64,000 nt of DNA from an uncultured Verrucomicrobiota bacterium. Its GTDB lineage: Bacteria; Verrucomicrobiota; Kiritimatiellia; RFP12; UBA1067. Under the pieces are notes generated by a model, which made no database searches, had not been told where the DNA came from, and worked only from the letters and a program-made list of their open reading frames with translations. The translations under genes were made by a program, and so were the position numbers. Where the stretch lies: NCBI GenBank assembly GCA_946533675.1, contig CAMNBZ010000012.1, forward strand, positions 4,323 through 68,322. The letters run 5' to 3'. Below are positions 40,003-51,627 of this stretch, one piece after another (the first letter of the stretch is position 1; every line of letters begins with the position of its first letter).

Positions 40003-40187
40003 GCAGAATTATGTCGCACAAATGGCTGACGTGCCGACCGACGGACTCGGCCGCATCTTCCAGACATATTCTCGCGCAGATTCATCAGGACTTGCAGTCT
40101 ATCAAAACTACTTTGACCGTATCACTTCGACCGTATCACAAGGGTCTGACCCTCGCAGTCCACTCCACCCCATCCTCCTTTTACTGC

Positions 40188-42011
40188 TTACTGCCTCGCA
40201 AGCCTTGCAAAGCCGCCCTTCGGCACGGCAAGGCGGCGAATCCCCTTCGCTACATCCACCGAGCCTCCGGCGCTTCTGCCGAACGTGTCGAACACCTGCG
40301 CCGAAACATCTTCATCCACTTCGACGACGACCGAACCCTCACCGCTGCCGTTCAATATCCAGACAGGCTTTCCAGCCCCGCCGACACGAACAACATGATC
40401 GGCCGCATACACGCCGAATATCCGCTCGGCGTCGCTCTCGCCGCAGAGAACCGGATAGCCCGACTCGGGCGCAACTCCCCGGAAAGCGCCGCGCTGAAGC
40501 GCATCGCGGTGGTGTTCGGCAAAGCGCACCCAGTGGCCGATCATCTCCAGATGGTCCGGCGGCAGATCTGAGAGCATCATCGAATACTGGACCGTGCCGA
40601 ACATGGAGGAAAGAACTGTGCACGCAGCCTCTTCGACAGGTGTCGCTACATTCCATTCCAGCATATCGCCGTGCACCGCCGCGCCGCCGGATGTAAGGCG
40701 CAGGTCGGCGACACGCACTCGGTTGGCCTGCCTGTCGCCCGGGCAGTCGCCGGCGCGCAGCATCGTCGCATACTGCGCCACCGCAGGACCAATGTAGTTC
40801 TGCCGGAACTCTATGAGGACATCGGGATCGTTGGCCTTGAGCCTGCGGACGATTTCGTCGAGAAGCGCCTTTACAGCCTCCGGAACCGTGCGAATGTCGC
40901 GTCCGGCGTATCCGTCGGCGACGGCGGGGTCCTCCCCGCGAACCGAAAAGCTGTCGATGAAGTCGAGTTTGAAGCCGTCCAGCCCCCATTCGCGCTGCGC
41001 CTTTTCGTAGATTCCCGCGAGGAAATCGCGCACCTCCGGGAAACGCGGATCAAGCACGCTGGCGCGGGCGTTCTTGTTGTAATAGAGATACTTTCCTTTG
41101 AACCGCCCGTAGTTCGCCGACTTCTCGCCGACGAACGGCACCGAATACCACAGCATGTACCTGAGACCAAGTGCCTGCACGCGCTTTACATGCGCCGCCA
41201 TATAGGGGAAACGCCGCTTCGAGACCTGCCAGTCGCCGCAGTATGCATAACCGCGCGAGGTATCGTCCGTCTGCCACCCGTCATCGACAATGATCGTCTT
41301 CATACCGAGCGATGCTGCGATCTTCGCCTCTGCCTCGATCTTTTCGGCCGTCACGTCCTGATGGAACTGATACCATGTGGAATAGAGCGGCGCAAACGCA
41401 GCATCGGGCGCAGACGGTTCGGCAAGCGCGTTCTCGCGGCGCATCCACGCGACGGCGTCGCGGACGGCGTCGCTCCAGAAGACGTCACGCCGGTCTATGC
41501 GCAGCGTCACAGCATATTCGGCGCGGGGCGCTTCAGGAACTCGAAAGAACTCGAAATCCACCTTCGCCTCGCACCCTTCCTCGCGCAGGCGGATGCCGAA
41601 CGACACATCGCGCAGAACCTCGCCCGCCGCGACCGTGAGGCTGTTGCGGTCGGCACAGTCTTTCGCACAGACGAGCGGCGTCGAAACGGCGAGGTTCGAG
41701 TCGTAGAGTTTTTCCCAGTCGACGCGTATGCCCGAAGCGCCGCCTCTGCGCATGAACGCCGTCCACACGTTATGCGCCCCGCCCTGCGGCAGCGCAAACG
41801 ATACGGAGAATCTCGGCGGCCGAGCGCTTTCGGCGGAGCGCATCTTCACACGATACTCGCAAACTCCCCCGTCAACGGCGGCGAGCTCGCCGACGATGGT
41901 CCAGCCCCCGCGCTCCGCACATTCAATGCGCGGCTCCAGCGCCGCAGCCTCAAGCGCCACCACAGCCATCGCCGCAACCAGCATGGATTTCAATTTCATC
42001 GTCATCATCAT
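40188..42011 (-). CDS. Secreted alpha-galactosidase-like glycoside hydrolase (clan GH-D, GH36/GH27-like)
   Basis: 607 aa. Signal peptide. IIVDDGWQ, a KLDFID block, and a TIM-barrel region. Confidence 0.65.
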   Translation of the reverse strand: MMMTMKLKSMLVAAMAVVALEAAALEPRIECAERGGWTIVGELAAVDGGVCEYRVKMRSAESARPPRFSVSFALPQGGAHNVWTAFMRRGGASGIRVDWEKLYDSNLAVSTPLVCAKDCADRNSLTVAAGEVLRDVSFGIRLREEGCEAKVDFEFFRVPEAPRAEYAVTLRIDRRDVFWSDAVRDAVAWMRRENALAEPSAPDAAFAPLYSTWYQFHQDVTAEKIEAEAKIAASLGMKTIIVDDGWQTDDTSRGYAYCGDWQVSKRRFPYMAAHVKRVQALGLRYMLWYSVPFVGEKSANYGRFKGKYLYYNKNARASVLDPRFPEVRDFLAGIYEKAQREWGLDGFKLDFIDSFSVRGEDPAVADGYAGRDIRTVPEAVKALLDEIVRRLKANDPDVLIEFRQNYIGPAVAQYATMLRAGDCPGDRQANRVRVADLRLTSGGAAVHGDMLEWNVATPVEEAACTVLSSMFGTVQYSMMLSDLPPDHLEMIGHWVRFAEHHRDALQRGAFRGVAPESGYPVLCGESDAERIFGVYAADHVVRVGGAGKPVWILNGSGEGSVVVEVDEDVSAQVFDTFGRSAGGSVDVAKGIRRLAVPKGGFARLARQ

Positions 42012-42182
42012 TACTGTTGCAGTATATCATATTTCCGCGCCAGATGGCAATCATCAGCGCAAACCGAGCAAAGCTCCGCAGTTTGCCATAATAACGGACA
42101 CTCTCAACAAAGGCAGATGAGGTTTCGGACGACCTCGTTTGCCAAATACTGGACACTATGTGTAAAATGGAAAATTGGGGAG

Positions 42183-42378
42183 AGACCCTAATCAACATTT
42201 ACATTTTGTCGCATTCAAACTCCTTTCTGGAATATTATCGCCTTTTCAGCCGGGGTCTGTCCCCGCAAATTGGGGAGAAGGACTTCGGACATCTGACTTC
42301 AGATTTCGAAACTGCAAAGCCCTCCCCTTCGACCTCAACTCTGAAGTCTGAAGTCCGAAGTCTGAAGTCCAAAATGTG
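42183..42378. repeat. Dispersed repeat element, copy B (composite: ACCCTAATCAACATTTACATTT module + GGGGTCTGTCCCC module)
   Basis: 42251-42378 matches copy A. 42183-42224 matches 39610-39642. Confidence 0.7.
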
Positions 42379-42529
42379 TCCTCACGATCGCAGGCAAGTT
42401 TCATTTTCTGCCTTTATCTTATCATTTATCTTCGTTTGCTGTCAAGCGCGCGGGCGCCGCGCCACGGCGGAAGAAGGCCCTATTGCCCCCTTCAATCCTA
42501 ACAAACGAAAATCGCGCGAAAAGATTTCA

Positions 42530-42850
42530 GAGAAATTTCTAGATCGCTCGCGTTGCTCGCTTCGCTAGAGGGCTAGACCGCGCGCGTTGCTCGCTTCGCT
42601 AGAACGCCCGCTCACGCGGGCTAATCTAGAACGCGCGGCGTGGCCGCGCTAATCTAGAATTCTAGAATACTAGACTTCTAGACTCCTAGAAACCTATTGC
42701 TCCGGCAATTAAAGGGTTTGATTTGCATCAGGGAGGGACGGGCTCTGTCCCGTCCGTCATATGTGGCCGCGACGGAGCGCGGCCCTCCCAATGAATCAAC
42801 CCCATTTGTTGCCGTTTCTATAGAATCCTAGCCCCCCTCGACTTCTAGAG
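42530..42850. repeat. CTAG/TCTAGA-rich repeat cluster with direct repeats and GC hairpins
   Basis: CGCGTTGCTCGCTTCGCTAGA occurs twice, GCTAATCTAGAA twice, and CTAGACTTCTAGACTCCTAG once. Hairpins GCCCGC-TCAC-GCGGGC, GCGCGGC-GTG-GCCGCGC, GGACGGG-ctctgt-CCCGTCC and GGCCGCG-acggag-CGCGGCC. Confidence 0.65.
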
Positions 42851-43112
42851 CCCGAGTATCGCGGGCGGGGCGCGGGAAGTCGGCCCGGGCACGTCAAGAG
42901 CGACCCTCCGCGAGGCTCGCACCAACGCGCGCTCAGGTCAGTGGTCGCTCTTTCCGAGCGAGGCGATTCAAGAGGCCGAGCGATGAGCCGGGCCGATCTT
43001 CCCACGCACAGCCCGCCACCACTCTTCGGACTTTTGAAGGGGTCCTGCAAAAACTTCTGAGCGAGCATCTTCCCCACTGCGCGCCGCATGAAACGAGAAA
43101 GGACACCGGGCT

Positions 43113-43799
43113 TCAGGCGAAGGTCACGCGGACGGGGCCGTGCATGCGCCAGCACGCGCGCACATCGTCGACCGTCGGCGCGACGTAGATCGGCGTCGCC
43201 TGGTGGCGGAACCACGTGTCCTGCCGCTTGGCGAGCTGGTACGTGCGCGTCAGAATCTTGTCGCGGTCGTCCCCGTCGCGGTAGCCGATCGCGCGCGACG
43301 CCGTCCGCGACCAGACGGGATAGCGCGCCTTGAGCCGCCGCTTCTCCTCCGCCAGCCCCGCCATGAACATGTCGTCGAGCCGCGCGGCGATGCGCGCGCG
43401 CACGACGGCGCGGTCGATCTGGATGACGGGATAGGCCGGCGGCGGCATCGTCCAGGCGCGGTCGAGCCCGCGCAGGAGCGCCGAGAAGTAGAGCCCCGTG
43501 CCGCCGACGATGATGAGCGGCCGGTCGCGCGGCACGTCGCGGACCCACGCCGCCGCCGCACGCAGCCACGCGCCCGACGAGAATTCCTCGGCGGGCGTGA
43601 CGAGATCGACGCCGCCCATGCCGAACTCCTCGATCTCCGCGCGCGGCGGCTTGGCGGTGCCGATGTCCATGCCCTTGTAGACGAGCATCGAATCGGCGCT
43701 CAGGATGCGCGCGCCCATTTCGCGCGCGAGCGCCGCGGCGATGGCGCTCTTGCCGCTCGCGGTCGGGCCCGCGAGGATGTAGGCGTCACGCTCCAGCAT
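43113..43799 (-). CDS. miaA: tRNA dimethylallyltransferase
   Basis: 228 aa. P-loop GPTASGKS. LIIVGGTGLY. Confidence 0.8.
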   Translation of the reverse strand: MLERDAYILAGPTASGKSAIAAALAREMGARILSADSMLVYKGMDIGTAKPPRAEIEEFGMGGVDLVTPAEEFSSGAWLRAAAAWVRDVPRDRPLIIVGGTGLYFSALLRGLDRAWTMPPPAYPVIQIDRAVVRARIAARLDDMFMAGLAEEKRRLKARYPVWSRTASRAIGYRDGDDRDKILTRTYQLAKRQDTWFRHQATPIYVAPTVDDVRACWRMHGPVRVTFA

Positions 43800-44277
43800 G
43801 TTTCTTCTCGCCGCCGAACGACAGGAGGAGCAGCAGCCCCGCCGCGACGCTGATGTAGACGTCGGCGAGGTTGAAGCAGGGAAAGTGGTGGACGCCCCAG
43901 TGGAAATCGAGGAAGTCGATCACGTAGCCGCGCACGGCGCGGTCGAGGAGGTTGCCGAGGATGCCGGCGTAGACCAGCCATTCGGCGACGCGCCCCGCGA
44001 CGCGGCGCGCGCCCGTCGCGGCCGTCTGGAAGAGCTCGCGCCGCTGCCAGACGAGAACGGCGAGCGCGACGACGGCGAACGCCGCGAGCGGCCACACCTG
44101 CCCCTGGAAAAGGCCCCACGCCGCACCGCGGTTCTCCACGTAGGCGAGGTTGAAGAAGCCGGGCACGACGGAAACCGCCGCTTCGCCTTTCAGGCGGGCG
44201 GCGGCGAGCTCCTTGGTGATCGCGTCGGCGAGCGCGAGGTTCGCGACGACGGCGAAGATGGTGACGAACGTGCGCAT
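43786..44277 (-). CDS. lspA: Lipoprotein signal peptidase (signal peptidase II)
   Basis: Start at MRTFVTIF. Four TM segments. The NRGAAWG and FNLAD motifs. Confidence 0.8.
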   Translation of the reverse strand: MRTFVTIFAVVANLALADAITKELAAARLKGEAAVSVVPGFFNLAYVENRGAAWGLFQGQVWPLAAFAVVALAVLVWQRRELFQTAATGARRVAGRVAEWLVYAGILGNLLDRAVRGYVIDFLDFHWGVHHFPCFNLADVYISVAAGLLLLLSFGGEKKHAGA

Positions 44278-45047
44278 CAGACGCGGTTGCGCTCCAGCTC
44301 GCTCTGGCACTCCATGCAGGTGAGCACGAACGGCTGGTTGACGAGGCGCGGCTTGCGGATGAGCTGGCCGCAGTGCGTGCAGACGCCGTAGGTGCCGTCG
44401 TCGATGCGGTGCAGCGCCTCCTCGATCTGCTGGATGATGCGGTTGATGTTGCCCATCTGGCCGAGCGCCTGCAGGCGCAGCGTCTGGTTGGTGCCGTCGC
44501 CGCCGTCGGCCTCGTGGTCCTCGGCCTCGTTGAAGCCCGTCGCCTTCATCGCGTTCACGCCGCTGAGCGCGCGCTCGCGCTCGGCGAGGAGGCGCTTGCG
44601 GAAATCCTTGAGGTCCGCCTCGGGGAACTGCGCCGTCTCCTTGCCCTGCTTGCGCGTCGTCGGGCGGCGCGACAGGCGGATCGCCGTCTCGCTTGCCTGC
44701 TTGTCGGCGTCGATCTTCGCCGAGCGCGCCTTCATCGCCTGCGCGATGCTCTGAGCCATCGCCGCCGCCTTCGCGGTGTCGATGGGGTTGATCGGCTCGA
44801 CCGTCGGCTTGACGACGACCGTCGGCTTGCGGATGATGCGCGGCGGGACGCGGTTGGGATTCTTGTCCTTCTTGATCTTGATCGGCGGATCGTCCAGATT
44901 GACCACGATCTTCCGCGCCGCCGGCGCGGCGGGCTTCTTCGCCACCGCGGGCTTCTTCGCCGCGGGCGCTTTCTTCGGCGCCGGCTTCTTCGCCGCCGGT
45001 GCCTTCTTGGCGGGCGTCTTCGTCTCGTTCTTAATCGTGAAAGCCAT
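44277..45047 (-). CDS. dksA: DksA/TraR-family zinc-finger transcription factor with N-terminal Lys/Ala/Pro-rich histone-H1-like tail
   Basis: 256 aa. N-terminal AKKAPAAKKPAPKKAPAAKKPAVAKKP repeats. C-terminal CTHCGQ...CMECQ C4 zinc finger preceded by a coiled-coil. GAAAGGAGG RBS. Confidence 0.65.
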   Translation of the reverse strand: MAFTIKNETKTPAKKAPAAKKPAPKKAPAAKKPAVAKKPAAPAARKIVVNLDDPPIKIKKDKNPNRVPPRIIRKPTVVVKPTVEPINPIDTAKAAAMAQSIAQAMKARSAKIDADKQASETAIRLSRRPTTRKQGKETAQFPEADLKDFRKRLLAERERALSGVNAMKATGFNEAEDHEADGGDGTNQTLRLQALGQMGNINRIIQQIEEALHRIDDGTYGVCTHCGQLIRKPRLVNQPFVLTCMECQSELERNRV

Positions 45048-45139
45048 GTCGGGCCTCCTTTCAGTTGGTCGTCAAATTCATTCCGGCGCGCATTATATCA
45101 AAAATTGTCATCTTTGGGGCGAACAATTCCTCGCCGTCG

Positions 45140-45838
45140 TCACACGCCGAGAGCCGCCGCGAGGCGCGCGGTGAGCGCGACGGCGTGGCGGTGGTCGTTC
45201 GCGCCTTCGGGCACGATCGTTTCGCGGTACGCGAGGCGGATGCGGATGATGCGATCTCCGACGTCCCACCACGGCTGGCCCTTCGCCAGCACGACGGGAT
45301 CGTAGTCGATGCGGTAGACGTCGATCGGCGCGCGCGTCGCGAGCGCGAGCCGCGCGGCCCCGCGGTGGAGCTTCGCGCCGCCGCGCGTCCCCTGCGGGAA
45401 GATGACGACATTCACGCCGCGCGCGAGGCAGCCGCGCACCTCCTCGACCGTCCGCGTCGCGCCGGTGTCGTTGGCGATGAACACCTTGCGGACGACCGCC
45501 GACAGAAACGGATTGCGCTTCGCCGCCGCCTTCACGATGCAGACCGCGTCCGGCAGCTGCGCGAGAAGCACGCAGATGTCGATGAGCGAAACGTGGTTCA
45601 TCACGACGAGCCGCCCGGTCGCGCGCCTGACGCCGACGGCCTCGACCGTGTAGAGCCCCGTCACGCGCGCGAGCGCGACGAAGAGCCGGTAGCCGAAGCG
45701 CACGCCGACGCGTCCCCACGCGCGCGGCACGCACGGCAGCGGCAGGAGCAGCGCGAACGGCAGGGCGCAGAGCCCGTAGGCGAGAAAGAACGCCCCGGAG
45801 AGCAGCGCGCGCGGCAGACGGATTCCGGGGCGGGTCAT
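45140..45838 (-). CDS. plsC: 1-acyl-sn-glycerol-3-phosphate acyltransferase
   Basis: 232 aa. The NHVSLID (HX4D) and FPQGTR motifs. Confidence 0.8.
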   Translation of the reverse strand: MTRPGIRLPRALLSGAFFLAYGLCALPFALLLPLPCVPRAWGRVGVRFGYRLFVALARVTGLYTVEAVGVRRATGRLVVMNHVSLIDICVLLAQLPDAVCIVKAAAKRNPFLSAVVRKVFIANDTGATRTVEEVRGCLARGVNVVIFPQGTRGGAKLHRGAARLALATRAPIDVYRIDYDPVVLAKGQPWWDVGDRIIRIRLAYRETIVPEGANDHRHAVALTARLAAALGV

Positions 45839-45848
45839 GACGGCGGGC

Positions 45849-46450
45849 TTACTTCTTGCCGCCCGACAGCGCCAGACGGATGATCGTTTCGGTGTCCTTC
45901 ACGTCCGGGTTGCGCGCGAGCACGTCGCCGACCATCTTGTTCGCCGTCTCCTCGTTGAAGCCGAGCGCGGCGAGCGCGAGGATCGCGTCGCGCAGAATCG
46001 GCGCCTCGGACGCCTTGCCGCCGCCGCGCTGCGTCGCCGCCAGCGCCTCGATGGCGTTCACCTTGTCCTTCAGCTCCAGGCAGATCTTCTCCGCCGTCTT
46101 CTTGCCGACGCCCTTGATGGACGAGAGACGCTTCGCGTTGCCCGAGGCGATGGCGAGCGACAGCTCCCCCACCGAACCGCCCGAGAGGATCGCGAGCGCG
46201 ATCTTCGGGCCGACGCCCGAGACGGCCGTCAGCTTCGCGAACATCTCGCGCTCGGCAACGGTCGCGAACCCGAAGAGCGTTTCATCGTCCTCGCGCACGA
46301 CATGGCAGACGAGCAGCTTCACCTCGCCGCCGACCTTCGGCAGGCGGTCGAAGGTGGACAGCGGGATCAGCACCTCGTAGCCGAGCCCCGCCGCCTCGAC
46401 GACGACGTGCGTCGGATCCTTTTCCGCCAGCGTGCCCCGGACGTATGCGA

Positions 46451-46454
<4 letters not shown>
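45849..46454 (-). CDS. ruvA: Holliday junction branch-migration protein RuvA
   Basis: Start at MIAYVRGTL. An OB fold, two HhH motifs (GVGPKIA and GVGKKTA), and domain III. ATGA overlap with the valS stop. Confidence 0.85.
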
Positions 46455-49252
<2,798 letters not shown>

Positions 49253-49271
49253 TGTCTCGCCTGTCTTCTCG

Positions 49272-49817
49272 TTAAATCTTCAGCAGGTCCGCGAGCGCGG
49301 CGTTCTTGCGGCGGATCTCCTCGTTCGTCAGCCCCTCGATCTCGTGCGGGAACACGATCCAGTCATTGCCGACGTCGCGCACGTAGTAGTCGGGCACGAT
49401 GTCCGTTTTGTTCTTCTCCGGCTTCCAGTAGACGCACGCCAGGCGCATGTCCACGCCCTTCGCGTCCATGCGCGTGTGCACGGCCTTCGCCGTCTTGCCC
49501 GTGTCGAAGACGTCGTCGACGACGAGCACCTTGTCGCCCGGGCGCATCATGCCGAAGATCTCCTCGCCGAGCGTGAAGATGACCTCGCCCGCGTTCTCGC
49601 CGATGCCCGTGTAGCTCGCGCACTTGAGCGGGATGTGCTGGATGTTCCAGCCCACGACCTTGAAGAACTCGTGCATCGACACGCCGACCGACGCGCCGCC
49701 GCGCCACAGCGCGATGAGCAGGTCGGGCTTCCAGCCCGACTCCTTGACCGCCGCCGCCAACCGCCACGAGTCCAGCATGAACTCGTCCGCCGAGAGATAT
49801 TGCTTTTCCATCGTCAT
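49272..49817 (-). CDS. gpt: Xanthine-guanine phosphoribosyltransferase-like PRTase
   Basis: 181 aa. PRPP-binding VLVVDDVFDTGKTA. Overall similar to Gpt. Confidence 0.65.
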   Translation of the reverse strand: MTMEKQYLSADEFMLDSWRLAAAVKESGWKPDLLIALWRGGASVGVSMHEFFKVVGWNIQHIPLKCASYTGIGENAGEVIFTLGEEIFGMMRPGDKVLVVDDVFDTGKTAKAVHTRMDAKGVDMRLACVYWKPEKNKTDIVPDYYVRDVGNDWIVFPHEIEGLTNEEIRRKNAALADLLKI

Positions 49818-49859
49818 CGTTTTCCGTTCAACCTTGAACTGTATAGTATATCAAATCCG

Positions 49860-50621
49860 TCAGTTGCGCGTCACGTCGACGTCATCGTCATCGCCGCCGT
49901 AGGGCGGGGGCGAGACGTGCGCGCGGTAGTCCTGGAAATCCCAGGCGGCCTCCATCCGCGCCTGCAGATATTCGCGGTACCCTTCCTGCCAGATCATCCA
50001 CGCGATGAGCAGCCGCACGAAGCCCCAGCTGCCGCCCGCGAAGACGGCGTGCAGGCCCGAGAGGCCCAGCAGGATCGCGAACGCGCGCCCGACCCACATC
50101 GCGACGAGCGTCGCCCGGGGGCGCGAGAGGAACGCGCGCAGCACCGAGCGGAAGATGCGCCCGCCGTCGAGCGGAAAGCCCGGCAGCAGGTTGAACGCGC
50201 CAAGCATCAGGTTCATCCACATGAGGTACGAGAGCGTGAAGTAGCCCCAGTGCGTGAACGACGGCAGGACGACGAGCGCCGTGAAGCCGAGCCCCGCGAG
50301 GAGGAAGCTGACGAGCGGGCCCGCGAGCGCGGTCACGAGCTCCTGCGACGCCTTGCGCGGCAGCGCGATCAGCGACGCGCAGCCGCCCAGGAGCGAGATC
50401 GTGATGTCGCGCGTCGGGTAGCCGAACGCGCGCGCGGTCAGCGCGTGGCCGAGCTCGTGCGCGACGACCGACACGGCGAGGACGAGCGCGGCGGTGAGGC
50501 CGTAGCTGAACGCGCCGAACGAGTTGATGAAGAAGAGGAGCAGGATCGCGAACGAGAGATCGACATAGAGCGGAATGCCGAAGAGTTCGCAGAGGTGGAA
50601 TTTCCGGGGAAAGACGGGCAT
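49860..50621 (-). CDS. Site-2 protease family (M50) membrane metalloprotease
   Basis: Start at MPVFPRKF. HELGHAL zinc motif. LPGFPLDGGR. Confidence 0.75.
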   Translation of the reverse strand: MPVFPRKFHLCELFGIPLYVDLSFAILLLFFINSFGAFSYGLTAALVLAVSVVAHELGHALTARAFGYPTRDITISLLGGCASLIALPRKASQELVTALAGPLVSFLLAGLGFTALVVLPSFTHWGYFTLSYLMWMNLMLGAFNLLPGFPLDGGRIFRSVLRAFLSRPRATLVAMWVGRAFAILLGLSGLHAVFAGGSWGFVRLLIAWMIWQEGYREYLQARMEAAWDFQDYRAHVSPPPYGGDDDDVDVTRN

Positions 50622-50625
50622 CGTT

Positions 50626-51567
50626 TTATTCCTTGACCGACTTGAGCACCGCGTAGCCGCGGCGCTTGATGATTTCAACCGTGGGGAAATACGTCTTCTG
50701 GACGGGCTCGAGCCCCGCCGCGTTCTTGCAGACGGTGTAGCAGACGCCGCCGGGCTTCAGCGCGCGCACGGCCGTCTGGAGGAAGACGTCGGCGATGCGG
50801 TAGTCCGAGTAGTACGGCGGATTGCCGACGAAGACGTCGAAGGTGCCGTCCATCCGCGCGGGCGTGCCGTTGTCGGACAGGATCACCTCGGCGGCGAAGC
50901 CGAAGTTCCGCGCGTTCACGTTCGCCGCCTCCACGGCGCGCGCGTGCGAATCGACCAGCACGAGGTCCGCGCCCGGCACCACGCTCCGGACGAGAAAGCC
51001 GACGAGGCCGCAGCCGCAGCCCATGTCCAGCAGCCGCACGTTCCGCCCGGCCAGTTCGCGCGCCGCCACTTCCGCGAGCGCGAGGCCGCCCTCGTCCTGC
51101 CGGCGGTGGCAGAAGCAGCCGGGGAAGCTCGTGAACGTCAGCACGGGGCCGCCCGGCACGGACGACGGCCACGTGGCCGAAAAGTCGCGCACGCGCGTCG
51201 GATCGGCGGCGATCTTCTGCAGGAGGTCGTTGCGGTCGCGCGCCTTCCCCTCGAAGTCGAGCTCGAACCGGGGCGGCTTCAGCTCGCCGCCGAGCCGCTG
51301 CGCGATCTCCTGCAGGAGGTCGAGCGACAGTTCGCCGCTCATCCGCTTCGGGCCTGTCTTGAACCTGATGACGTCCCACGGTCCCTCGGGCAGGTGCGGT
51401 GCGCAGATCGCGCGCGCGTGGTGCACCTTCTCGATCGCGTGGCGGTGGTAGATGTCGAGCGTGTGGCACGTGACGTCGGGCGTCAGCCACGACGCCGTCG
51501 TCTCCCTGCCGCGCCGCCCCTTCTCGAAGAGGTCGGCCGCCCGATAGCCTACCAGCAATGTCTTCAT
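50626..51567 (-). CDS. Class I SAM-dependent rRNA (guanine-N2) methyltransferase, RsmC/RlmG-like
   Basis: 313 aa. LDMGCGCGLVG (SAM motif I) and VGNPPY (N-methyltransferase motif IV). Confidence 0.65.
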   Translation of the reverse strand: MKTLLVGYRAADLFEKGRRGRETTASWLTPDVTCHTLDIYHRHAIEKVHHARAICAPHLPEGPWDVIRFKTGPKRMSGELSLDLLQEIAQRLGGELKPPRFELDFEGKARDRNDLLQKIAADPTRVRDFSATWPSSVPGGPVLTFTSFPGCFCHRRQDEGGLALAEVAARELAGRNVRLLDMGCGCGLVGFLVRSVVPGADLVLVDSHARAVEAANVNARNFGFAAEVILSDNGTPARMDGTFDVFVGNPPYYSDYRIADVFLQTAVRALKPGGVCYTVCKNAAGLEPVQKTYFPTVEIIKRRGYAVLKSVKE

Positions 51568-51627
51568 ATCACGTATGGTCAGTTATTATAACAAATCCCG
51601 TCCGCCTCCCGCAAGGCAGCGCGCGCC

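Noticed and set aside
39921-40696. 216-aa and 243-aa + strand ORFs
   Set aside because: They start inside the 22-bp iterons and run antisense through the 3' half of the well-supported alpha-galactosidase gene.
42158-42568. 136-aa + strand ORF
   Set aside because: It lies entirely within repeat elements and CTAG clusters, and has low complexity and atypical composition.
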